A DNA stretch of 54,949 nucleotides from the NCBI GenBank assembly GCA_045614625.1, contig JAZLDE010000106.1, forward strand, positions 1 to 54,949, read 5' to 3'. The notes beneath the pieces are model-generated. The model saw only the letters and a program-made list of their open reading frames with translations, did not search any database and had not been told where the DNA came from. Position 1 is the first letter of the stretch. Each line of letters starts with the position of its first letter. Source of the DNA: Eubacteriales bacterium. Its GTDB lineage: Bacteria; Bacillota; Clostridia; Oscillospirales; CAG-272. The position numbers and the translations under genes are program-made. Below, piece by piece: positions 41,663 to 50,689 of the stretch.

Positions 41663-42628
41663 TCAATGCGCACCGAGATAGGGCACGTCGGTCGCGCGAA
41701 GGATTTCTCTGAGAATGTCGGCAACAGAGCTGCCTGCCAGCTTGCTCTCCTGCGTGAGCATCACACGGTGGCTGACGGTAGGAGCGTAAAGCGCAGCGAT
41801 ATCGTCGGGAATGACGTAGTCGCGGCCGCGCAGGTAGGCATACGCCTGCGCCAGGTGCATCAGAGCAACCGACGCACGGGGGCTGGCGCCCAGCGAGAAC
41901 GCTTTATTGGTTCGAGTCGCGCCAATGAGCGAAACGATATAGCCAAACAGCGCCTCGTCGACACGAACCTTGCGAACCTCCTCGCGTGCTTGCTTCAGCT
42001 CGTCCGCGCTGACGACAGCGCCAAGAGCATCCATGGGATTTTCGCCGCGGCGAGCTCGAAGAATACCGATCTCCTCCTGCTCATTGGGGTAACCCATGCT
42101 GAGCTTGAAGGCGAAACGGTCCAACTGTGCCTCGGGCAGAGGATAGGTACCGACGTAGCCCGTGGGATTCTGAGTCGCGATGACCATAAAGGGATCGGGA
42201 ACGTCATAGGTCACGCCATCAACCGTGACTTTGTTTTCTTCCATTGCCTCAAGCAAAGCCGACTGAGTCTTGGGTGAGGCGCGGTTGATCTCATCGGCGA
42301 GTAACAGATTGCACATAACAAGGCCCTCACGGAACTCGAACGCCTCCTTCTGACGGTTATAAATATTAAAGCCGGTGATGTCGGAGGCCATAACGTCAGG
42401 GGTAAACTGCGCGCGGTTGAAGGACAGACCGCTGACGCGGGAGAGGGCCGAGGCGAGGGAGGTTTTGCCTGTGCCGGGGACGTCCTCGATCAGCACGTGG
42501 GCGCCGGCCAGAAGAGCAGTCATCAGCAAAATGACTTCGTTGTGCTTGCCGACGATGACACCGTCGATGGCAGAAACGGCCTGCATGACCTTATCGTGGA
42601 GCTGGGCATTGGAAGACTGTTGACTCAT
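41663..42628 (-). CDS. MoxR-family AAA+ ATPase
   Basis: Walker A EDVPGTGKTSLA, Walker B LLADEINRASPKTQSALLEAMEE, and a typical length of about 320 aa. Confidence 0.9.
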   Translation of the reverse strand: MSQQSSNAQLHDKVMQAVSAIDGVIVGKHNEVILLMTALLAGAHVLIEDVPGTGKTSLASALSRVSGLSFNRAQFTPDVMASDITGFNIYNRQKEAFEFREGLVMCNLLLADEINRASPKTQSALLEAMEENKVTVDGVTYDVPDPFMVIATQNPTGYVGTYPLPEAQLDRFAFKLSMGYPNEQEEIGILRARRGENPMDALGAVVSADELKQAREEVRKVRVDEALFGYIVSLIGATRTNKAFSLGASPRASVALMHLAQAYAYLRGRDYVIPDDIAALYAPTVSHRVMLTQESKLAGSSVADILREILRATDVPYLGAH

Positions 42629-42789
42629 AGGATTGCCTCTTTCTTTTTTTGTTGATTTTTTCGCATCGCACAGATGCGGTTGCAGCTGAAAACATTATAT
42701 CATATTTATATATAGTGTGGTTGAACTTTTTTTAGATATTTACAAATAAGATACAACTTGTGCAGGATGAACAAAAAGCGGGACAGCTG

Positions 42790-43800
42790 TATTTTTTGCA
42801 ACTACTCCTTGGGCCTCGCCCAGCTGCGCGCGCTCGGTGTACCGGCGTTTTGTGTTACTTCTTGCCGCGCGGCAAGAAGTAACCAAGAAACGCGCCCGGA
42901 CGTTCCCTCCGGGCCCTCCCTGCGATTGCCGCGCTACATAGAGCAACAAGAGAGATCACATATTACACTTAAATGCTGTGCTTCAAGTGTTGCCACCACG
43001 CGCGGCAGGCGAAGAAAGCGAGAGTGTTTTTGTTTAAATTTAGTTGGGCTGGGGTGCGTTGCAGATGGCAAAAGCTTTTGCCGTTTTGCTTACGTGCGAC
43101 TTCCGTGTTTGCTGCAATGTTTGCGCCCGCGCTTGCGCGATGTTCGCGTTTAGCGAACAAGCAAACTTGCGATTTCGGCTTGCCGAAATCTATTTTCTTT
43201 AACTTGCAAACGCAAAAGCTGAAGATGTAAACCTTCGCGCAAACATGAGCGGAGTGACAACGCAGCGACGTTTGCGCGTTGCGGGTATCCAAAGGGCATT
43301 AGGCCCTTTGGTTCCTTTTCTTTCGCCATTTCTTTGTGGAACGACAAAGAAATGGCATTCGTGCCGTACAGCGCGGCGCGTCAGCTGTACGCGCGTCCGT
43401 AAGAGAAGTCGTGGAATTTTTGGTTTTTCTCATCTCCTCCGCCTTGCAACCACGCGCGGCAGGCGAAGGAAGCAAAAGCATTTTTGTAAAAAAGTTAGTT
43501 GAACCGGGGTGCGTCGCAGATGGCAAAAACTTTTGCTGTGTCGCTTGCGTGCGACTTTTGTGTTTGCAAGTTTATTTAACTTGCAAACGCAAAGGCTGAA
43601 GATGCATCTTTTCGCGAAAAAATGAGTGGAGCGATAGCGAAACGACTTTTCGCGCTCGGGGGTCCCAAGGGGTATTAGACCCCTTGGTGCCTTTTCTTCG
43701 CCTATTCTTTGCGGCAAGGCAAAGAATAGGCACAAATCCGTACAGCGCACGCGCGGAGCTGTGTGCGCGTAAAGAGAAGAAGTCGTTTAAAAGCCAGCTA
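42790..43800. repeat. mosaic hairpin-rich intergenic repeat, locus E (about 1 kb, including a tandem pair of units)
   Basis: Left arm at 42802-42838 and perfect hairpins at 42854-42883, 43325-43356 and 43700-43731. Tandem units run 42992-43447 and 43448-43800. The 77-nt block at 43114-43190 is about 95% identical to 10554-10631. Confidence 0.85.
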
Positions 43801-43885
43801 TCTCTCACACAAAAAGAGATCCCCCGATGTTCATCGGGGGACCCCTGCCCTTGCGGGCTTATTCATCTTTTGCTTGTTCCGTCAA

Positions 43886-46800
43886 TCAGAACATCTTCTT
43901 CTTGTACAGGAAGTAGAAGGCTGCTCCGCCGCCGCCAAGCACCAGAACGATGATTGCGATGACTGCAACAACGGTACCGCCGTTGCCCTTGTCGTCGTCA
44001 CCACCTTGGTTACCCTGGTTACCTTCATTGCCCTGGTTACCTTCATTGCCCTGGTTACCTTCATTGCCTTGGTTGCCTTGGTTACCTTCGTTACCCTGGT
44101 TGCCTTCGTTACCCTCGTTACCGGGGATCTTGTCCTCAGCCACCAGCGTCACAACGATGGTCTTATCCTCAACACCGATGTTACCCGTCTGAGCGGCTGC
44201 TTCTACGTAACCCTCCAGCTTCTTTGCGGGAACGTTGTAGGTTCTGCCTGCCAGAACGGTCTGGGTCACGGTCGCGATGACCTCGCCCTTGTCGTTCTTG
44301 TACTCAACCGTCAGCGTCAGGGACTTGGGCGTGTAGATGATGGTCTGCTCAGCATCGCCCGTTACCGTACCGAAGTCCAGCGTAGCCACGTCGGTCGTGT
44401 AGGCCGCATTGATATACTCGGGATGATCAGCCAGCACGAAGGAGTAGGTCTCGCCGTACTTAACCATAACGGTGAAGTCCTCGAATACTCTGTAGTCGTG
44501 CGTGTTGACTTCCTTGAAGTGAACGGTAATCTTGTAGGTTGCACGGCTGTACTTGACCGTGATCTCGGCGTTATCGGTCAGCGCGGCTACCGTATAAGCT
44601 GCCAGCTCGGGAACCATGCCCGTAACGCTGGGCGACATGACCGTAACCTTTTCACCGTAAGGAACGGTTGCCAAATAATCCTCGGCAAGCGTTTCGCCGT
44701 TTTCACCCACGTAGTGGATGATCAGCGACAGCTGACGCAACGTATAAACAACGTTCAGCTCGCCGTCCTCGGTTACAGACTCGATGGTCAGAACAGGCGT
44801 CTTGACCTCGTAACCCGTGTTGGGAGCGTAGGTCGTACCGTAGCTTGCCATATCAAAGACCAGCTTATCGCCGTGCTTTGCCGTCAGCGTCAAAGCCTCG
44901 TAGATCGCCTTATCATCCTGCAGGAAGTTAACGGTAATCTTATATTCCTTGCGCTCGTACTTGACCGTGTACTCGGTAGGATCGCCCGTGTAGGCATCAA
45001 ACTCAACGGTAGGTGCCAGCTTCATACCCTCAACCTCGGGAGAGACGACACTGATCTTGTCACCGTATTGAACGGTAACGACCTTATCAGGCAGCAACTG
45101 CTTGCCGTTTTCGTCCACGTAGTGGATGGTCAGGGATACGTTGTAACGGGTGTAGATGACGTTGAGCGTTTCATCAGCCGTAACGGCGTTGATGGTCAGG
45201 ACGGGAGCCTTGACCTCGTAGCCTGCCATAGGCGCGAAAATCGTGCCGTAGTTAGCCAGATCAAAAACGTACTTATCGCCGTGCTTAACCGTAGCGGTCA
45301 GGGACTCATAAACCTTTTCGCCATTGATGGAATCCTTGACGAAGTTGATGGTGATCTTGTATTCCTTGCGCTCGTACTTGACCGTGATCTCGGTCTGCTC
45401 GCCCGTGTAAGACTCAATCTCAACGGGAGCGGCAAGCTTCATACCGTCGATGACGGGAGATGCGACGTTGACAGCGTCACCGTACAGAACGGTAACCGTC
45501 TTGTCGGGCGCGATCGTCTTGCCGTTTTCGTCCACGTAATGAACGGTCAGCGTCAGCTGACGCTTGGTGTAAACCACGTTCAGCTCGCGGTCGTCGGTCA
45601 CAGACGCGATGGTCAGAACGGTCGACTTGACCTCATAACCGGTCATGGGAGCCTTGTCTGCATAGTCGGCAAGATCGAAGACGAACTTGTCACCGTGCTT
45701 GGCCGTCAGCGTCAGAGCCTCGTAAACCGCCTCACCGTCAAGCTTGTCCTTGAGGAAGTTGATGGTGATGGTGTATTCCTTGCGCTCGTACTGAACGGTA
45801 AATTCATTTTGCTCGCCGTTGTAGATCTCGACTTCAACCGCAGCTGCGGGCTTCATGCCGTGAACAGCAGGAGATTCAACGAGCACCTTATCGCCGTAAT
45901 AAACGGTAACGATCTTATCGGCAACCAAAGTCTTGCCGTTTTCATCCACGTAGTGAATGGTGATCTTTTCACTATTGGGAGAGTAGTTGACCGTGATCAC
46001 TGCGGAGTTGTCCTTGATATCAAGGATCTCGTAGGTCTTGTCGGGGTTGGAAAGCGTATAGCCCTTGAAGGAAGGCATGTCTGCCGTAGTCAACAGAACG
46101 TCGGTCATGTAATCGACGCTGACGACCTTGGAGCCCAGCAGTGCACCGGTTCTTTCGTTGCGGTACTCGATCAAGTAGCTGTACTGGTTGATCACGTACT
46201 CGAATACAACGGTGGTGTTGCCGTGGTCAACGTTAACCGTCATGCTCTCCATCTTGGGAGAGTGGCCGGGGATGGTCACAGCGGGGATATCCTTGTACTC
46301 GCCGTAGAACAACGTAACGAAACCGTCGGGCGCCAGCTTATTGCCGTTGCCGTCAACGTACTCGATGGTTACGGTGTACTCATTGGGAACGTACTCAACC
46401 GTGATCTCCTGGTTATCTACACCAAAGGTGCACTCCAGAATGGTCGCCTTGGGGGTGTAGTAGTTGATCTCGGGAACGACGATGGTAAATCTTTCACCCG
46501 TCTTGCCCAGATACTTCTGCGCCTCGGCTACGATCTGGCCGTGCAGAGGACCGCCGTTATAAACGAAGTTGATGGTAACGGTTACCATGAACTCAACGCG
46601 AGCCGAGGTCAGCTCTTCGTCTGCACTCGCAGTGAGCTTGTCCCACTGTGCCTGCGTTCCGTTGAATTCAACCGTTTCAATGGAAGAGCAGCCGTCGAAG
46701 ATACCCTTGTTCAGCGGCTTGAGCTTGCCGTAGTACATGGTAACCTTTTCCAGCGATACGCAATCTCTGAACGCGCCGTCAGCGAGCGTGGTCACAGTTG

Positions 46801-49800
46801 CGGGAATTTCGATCTTCTTGAGAGATGCGCAGTTGTCAAATGCGTTCTTACCGATGGTCGTTACGTTCTTACCCAGCGTAACAGCCGTCATTGCCGTACA
46901 AGAGGTGAATGCACCCTCGGGAATGACCGTCAGCGAATCGGGAAGTACAACGTCCGTCAGCGAGGTGCAGCCAGCAAAGGCGTTCTTGCCAAGGCTGGTC
47001 AGATTCTTGGAGAAGATGACTCGCTGCAGATTTTCGCAACGCTGGAACGCGCCGTCGCCAATGGAGGTGACCGTGTTGGCCATTCTGACGTACTCGACGT
47101 TGTCGTCGTCCTTCAGAAGACCTGCCTCGATGCCGGTAATGCCATTGTCAAAGATCACGGTATCGACGAACATCATTTCGTCAAGCCATGCCTGCTCGCG
47201 GATGACCTCACCGTTGCCGAAGAAGGTCAGCGTACCGTCGATGCGGTCAACCTGCCACTGAACGCCGTTGGACAGCGTACCGGTAGCCTTGCTCTCGACG
47301 TAGTGGTCGGTCAGGCATTCGTTGCCCTCTTCAACCTCAGGAGGATTGCAGTCGTCAAGGATAACCTTAACGAGCGAGGTGCAGCCGGCAAAGGCGTCCT
47401 TGCCGATATACAAAGGCGAAGAAGAAATTACTACGCCTTCCAGACCCGAGCAGCCGCAGAATGCCTCATCGTCAATTTCCTGCAGCGTGGAGGGGAATTC
47501 GATAAACTTAAGGGACTTGCAGTTGTAGAATGCTCTGTAGCCGATGCGCTCCAGACCCTTGTTCAGCTTTACGGTTTCAAGAGCGACACAGTCACAGAAG
47601 GTGTAGTCGTCGATCTCGCGGATGCCTGCGGGGATCTCGATGCTCTTGAGCGAAGAGCAGTTGCGGAAAACGCCCTTACCCATCGAGGTCAGACCGTCGG
47701 GCAGCTTGACCGTCTTGATGGCGGTACAGCCGTTGAATGCGTTATCGCCGATGGAGGTCAGCGACTGAGGCAGATATACGTCGATCAGCGACGTCATATT
47801 ACCAAAGGCGTTGTTACCAACGCGGGTAATGCCCTCCTGAACGGTGATTGCCGTAATAACGGAAGCGTATGCCGCCCAGGGAGCCGCCTTAGCGGTGGTG
47901 TAGTTGGGGATGGCACCCGTACCCTTGATGTTCAGAGCGTGCGTAGCAGCGCTGTAGGTCCAGGTCAACGAGGAGCCGGGAATCTCGCCACCGATCTCGG
48001 TGCCGGGAATGGAAGGATCGTCGGGCTGGCTGGGGGGATTGGGATCCACAGGAGTGGAAGCCTTATACAGCAGAACCAGCACCAGATAGGTGTTGCCGCC
48101 GCGGATGTCGACGGTTCCCTCTTCACGATCTACGTAAGCGTAGCCGATCTTGGTGCATCCTGCAAAGGCATTGAGCTTGATCTCTGCAAGAGAGGCGGGC
48201 ATGGTAACCGTCTGCAGTGCAGTTGCGCCGTTGAGAGCGTTCGTACCGACCGAGGTTACACCATCGGAAACAATGACGGTCTCGATCTGAGTCATGTAGG
48301 AAGCCCAAGGAGTTGCGGCACCCGAGGTATAGTCAGTCATAGAACCGTTGCCCGAAATAATCAGGATCTTGGTTGCGGGATTGTATTCCCAGTTGACGCC
48401 CGTGCCGCAGGTACCCGAGGTGGGTGCCGATGCACTCGTCTTATATCTCAGATGATCAGTCAGATCGGTATTACCCAAAGCGATCATCAAATCACCCTCT
48501 TCTACGTCTACGTAAGCATCGGAGATGGAGGAGCAATTATTAAACGCGTCCGTACCGACACCGATCAGGGTAGCGGGCAGGGATACGTTTTTGAGCGACG
48601 TTGCGCCGTTCAGCGAATTGCTGCCAAGGATGGTGATGCTCTCGGTTACGATCAGCGTTTCGATCTCGCTCATGTAGGGAGCCCAGGGAGCCGCCGAGGG
48701 ATCGGTATAGCTGGTCGTAGCACCGGCACCCGTAATGGTCAGCGTCTTGTTTGCCTTATCATACGTCCAGGTTGCGTTCTCACCGCAGGTACCCGAGGTG
48801 GGATTCGTTACGGGAGGCGTGGGAGGCGTAGGAGGCGTAACCGAGCCGCCATGGAGCAGCGCCCAGAGTCTTTCGTTACCCGTCTGGTCTACGATCATGT
48901 AGTTGTTGGCAGCCGAAGCCGAGGTCAAACCGTTGCAGTTATCAAATGCGTAAGCAAAGATCTTACCAACGGATGCGGGGAAGGAAACGGTCGTCAGAGA
49001 ACCGTCGTTCTCAAATGCATGCTCATAGATATATTCCAGCGTTTCGGGGAAGGATACGTTGGTTACGTTGGGCAGATCGGCAAAGTTGTACTTACCGATC
49101 GCGGTAATGCCCTGCTGAATGAAGATCAGCGAGATCTCATCGTCATAAACGTCCCAAGGAGCATCCGAAGAAGCGCTCAGGCTGGGGATTACGACCGAGG
49201 ATCCTGCCACAGCGGGCTCAAGGAACAGCATGCCCGAGCCGGGGATGAAGGTCCACTTGACCAGACCGTTCGAGGTCAGACCCGAGGTGGGCGTGGAGGG
49301 CGTGGAGGGCGTGCCGCTGCCGGCATCCTCTGCAAACTGATAGGTAACGCCGTTGTTACCAATCTTGGAGAAGGTTGCGCCGACCTCTGCCTTGGTGTTA
49401 GGCGTCTTGACAACGATAGGACCGGGACAGCCCATGAAGGCTTCGTCCTCGATCGTCGTGGTTGCCTCGGGCAGCACGATGGTCGTTTTCAGCGCCTTAT
49501 CGCCGTTGAAGGCGTTCTTCTCGATGGTCTTGACGTGATCACCGATGGTCACCGACTTCAGAGCAGGCAGCTGGGCCAGGACGAACTGACCGATATTGGA
49601 AATACCCTTGGTAATGTATACGTTCTGGATCGAGTCCATGTAGCTGCTCCAAGGCCAAGGGGTGGGATTGGTAGCAGTCATCTTCAAATCGATCATCTCG
49701 TAGATGTTGGTATTGATGACACCATCGTACGCACTACTGAGCGTCAGCGTCTTGGACGTGCTGGAGTATCTCCACTCAATACCCTCGCAAAGCAGACCGG

Positions 49801-50437
49801 ATGCCTCAACGATGATGTTGTCCTTGGATGCAAGATCCAGGTCGTTGATCAACTCGTAGTTGGTCGTGGTCGTGCCCATCTTCTCGTTGTCGATCGAGGG
49901 GAAGCCGGCACAGGTCGAGTTAGCACCGTCGCTGAGCAGCTGCGAGTTGAAAAATGCGAAGTGACGAACGCTCTTCAGCGTTGCAGGCAAATCAACTCTC
50001 TTCAGCGAGGTATGAGCAAATGCCCACTCGCCAATGCTGGTAACACCGATCGGGATCACGACCTCAGTGCACTTGGTCAGGTTGAAAAATGCAAACGAAC
50101 CGATCGTCGTGACACCGGGCATAACAACGACCTTCTGAATGTCAAAACGGTAAGATGCATTAAACCAGGGGGTATTGACGACCATAGCGGAAATCTGTGT
50201 ATAGTCCGTCATGGCACCGACGCCCTTGATGGTCAAAACGCCGCTGGGCTTATTGTCGCCCGGCGTTTCATCGCGGAATTCATACGTTACTCTGTCGCCG
50301 CACGAGCCGCTTGCGATAAGGGTGGGATCACTCGTCTCACCTACTTCGGCGGCTACACCAACTACCAGACCTGCCATCACCGAAAAGAGCATGGCAAGCG
50401 TCAGTAACCAGCACAGCGACTGTTTCATTCTCTTCAT
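43886..50437 (-). CDS. giant cell-surface protein: signal peptide, BspA-type leucine-rich repeats, MucBP/Ig-like repeats, Gly-Asn-Glu/Gln triplet tract, C-terminal TM anchor (2183 aa)
   Basis: The signal peptide is MKRMKQSLCWLLTLAMLFSVMAGLVVGVAA. Many LRR_5-like units are present (IP.GVTSIG..AF..C..L..V.LP..L..IG..AF). Four units of about 138 aa read I.YVDENGK...V.YGD...V.SP...GMK...YERKEY.IT.NF. The tract (GNE/GNQ)x13 is followed by VVAVIAIIVLVLGGGGAAFYFLYKKK. Domain names are assigned by motif resemblance only. Confidence 0.85.
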   Translation of the reverse strand: MKRMKQSLCWLLTLAMLFSVMAGLVVGVAAEVGETSDPTLIASGSCGDRVTYEFRDETPGDNKPSGVLTIKGVGAMTDYTQISAMVVNTPWFNASYRFDIQKVVVMPGVTTIGSFAFFNLTKCTEVVIPIGVTSIGEWAFAHTSLKRVDLPATLKSVRHFAFFNSQLLSDGANSTCAGFPSIDNEKMGTTTTNYELINDLDLASKDNIIVEASGLLCEGIEWRYSSTSKTLTLSSAYDGVINTNIYEMIDLKMTATNPTPWPWSSYMDSIQNVYITKGISNIGQFVLAQLPALKSVTIGDHVKTIEKNAFNGDKALKTTIVLPEATTTIEDEAFMGCPGPIVVKTPNTKAEVGATFSKIGNNGVTYQFAEDAGSGTPSTPSTPTSGLTSNGLVKWTFIPGSGMLFLEPAVAGSSVVIPSLSASSDAPWDVYDDEISLIFIQQGITAIGKYNFADLPNVTNVSFPETLEYIYEHAFENDGSLTTVSFPASVGKIFAYAFDNCNGLTSASAANNYMIVDQTGNERLWALLHGGSVTPPTPPTPPVTNPTSGTCGENATWTYDKANKTLTITGAGATTSYTDPSAAPWAPYMSEIETLIVTESITILGSNSLNGATSLKNVSLPATLIGVGTDAFNNCSSISDAYVDVEEGDLMIALGNTDLTDHLRYKTSASAPTSGTCGTGVNWEYNPATKILIISGNGSMTDYTSGAATPWASYMTQIETVIVSDGVTSVGTNALNGATALQTVTMPASLAEIKLNAFAGCTKIGYAYVDREEGTVDIRGGNTYLVLVLLYKASTPVDPNPPSQPDDPSIPGTEIGGEIPGSSLTWTYSAATHALNIKGTGAIPNYTTAKAAPWAAYASVITAITVQEGITRVGNNAFGNMTSLIDVYLPQSLTSIGDNAFNGCTAIKTVKLPDGLTSMGKGVFRNCSSLKSIEIPAGIREIDDYTFCDCVALETVKLNKGLERIGYRAFYNCKSLKFIEFPSTLQEIDDEAFCGCSGLEGVVISSSPLYIGKDAFAGCTSLVKVILDDCNPPEVEEGNECLTDHYVESKATGTLSNGVQWQVDRIDGTLTFFGNGEVIREQAWLDEMMFVDTVIFDNGITGIEAGLLKDDDNVEYVRMANTVTSIGDGAFQRCENLQRVIFSKNLTSLGKNAFAGCTSLTDVVLPDSLTVIPEGAFTSCTAMTAVTLGKNVTTIGKNAFDNCASLKKIEIPATVTTLADGAFRDCVSLEKVTMYYGKLKPLNKGIFDGCSSIETVEFNGTQAQWDKLTASADEELTSARVEFMVTVTINFVYNGGPLHGQIVAEAQKYLGKTGERFTIVVPEINYYTPKATILECTFGVDNQEITVEYVPNEYTVTIEYVDGNGNKLAPDGFVTLFYGEYKDIPAVTIPGHSPKMESMTVNVDHGNTTVVFEYVINQYSYLIEYRNERTGALLGSKVVSVDYMTDVLLTTADMPSFKGYTLSNPDKTYEILDIKDNSAVITVNYSPNSEKITIHYVDENGKTLVADKIVTVYYGDKVLVESPAVHGMKPAAAVEVEIYNGEQNEFTVQYERKEYTITINFLKDKLDGEAVYEALTLTAKHGDKFVFDLADYADKAPMTGYEVKSTVLTIASVTDDRELNVVYTKRQLTLTVHYVDENGKTIAPDKTVTVLYGDAVNVASPVIDGMKLAAPVEIESYTGEQTEITVKYERKEYKITINFVKDSINGEKVYESLTATVKHGDKYVFDLANYGTIFAPMAGYEVKAPVLTINAVTADETLNVIYTRYNVSLTIHYVDENGKQLLPDKVVTVQYGDKISVVSPEVEGMKLAPTVEFDAYTGDPTEYTVKYERKEYKITVNFLQDDKAIYEALTLTAKHGDKLVFDMASYGTTYAPNTGYEVKTPVLTIESVTEDGELNVVYTLRQLSLIIHYVGENGETLAEDYLATVPYGEKVTVMSPSVTGMVPELAAYTVAALTDNAEITVKYSRATYKITVHFKEVNTHDYRVFEDFTVMVKYGETYSFVLADHPEYINAAYTTDVATLDFGTVTGDAEQTIIYTPKSLTLTVEYKNDKGEVIATVTQTVLAGRTYNVPAKKLEGYVEAAAQTGNIGVEDKTIVVTLVAEDKIPGNEGNEGNQGNEGNQGNQGNEGNQGNEGNQGNEGNQGNQGGDDDKGNGGTVVAVIAIIVLVLGGGGAAFYFLYKKKMF
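44004..44123 (-). repeat. in-frame 9/18-bp tandem repeat encoding the GN(E/Q) triplets
   Basis: Three perfect 18-bp copies of CCCTGGTTACCTTCATTG lie at 44013-44066, flanked by degenerate 9-bp units. Confidence 0.85.
44290..45990 (-). repeat. four intragenic tandem repeats of about 409-417 nt (138-aa domain pairs)
   Basis: The landmark CTTGCCGTTTTC(A/G)TCCACGTA recurs at 45932, 45518 and 45101, with a variant near 44692. Confidence 0.75.
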
Positions 50438-50576
50438 AGTTTGAACCTCCTTGTTTTGAGTGTCTTCACTCTGTTGTTTTTCACCACGGCGGAGAGGCCG
50501 CCGCGCTTATGTACGACTACGCGCACACGGTACCGATCCGTGCGCTTTTGCGCCGTACAGACAGTAATCCGGATAC

Positions 50577-50605
50577 ATTATACCATACCACTTTGCAAAA
50601 AGCAA
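50577..50605 (-). promoter_or_regulatory. candidate promoter of the giant surface-protein gene
   Basis: The minus strand reads TTGCTT (50600-50605), a 17-nt spacer, then TATAAT (50577-50582), with TGG before the -10 box. The leader to the ATG is about 140 nt. Confidence 0.5.
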
Positions 50606-50689
50606 GCGTTTTGAAAAAGATTATCGGGAGATTTTCCGCAGCAAAATTCTTCCTATTTTATTTTTATATATTTCACATCGTTTTTCGAC

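Noticed and set aside
44004-44123. A collagen-like (Gly-X-Y) structural domain call for the GN(E/Q) tract.
   Set aside because: There are only 13 triplets, no Pro, and no flanking trimerisation domain. That is too short and atypical to call a collagen triple helix, so I describe it only as a triplet-repeat stalk.
43763-50407. A 2214-aa ORF on the plus strand, the longest ORF in the track.
   Set aside because: It is the exact antisense shadow of the adhesin gene 43886-50437. Its product is low-complexity (V/G/R/D/L rich) with no recognisable motifs, RBS or signal peptide. An open antisense frame is expected when the sense gene avoids TTA, CTA and TCA codons in a high-GC genome.
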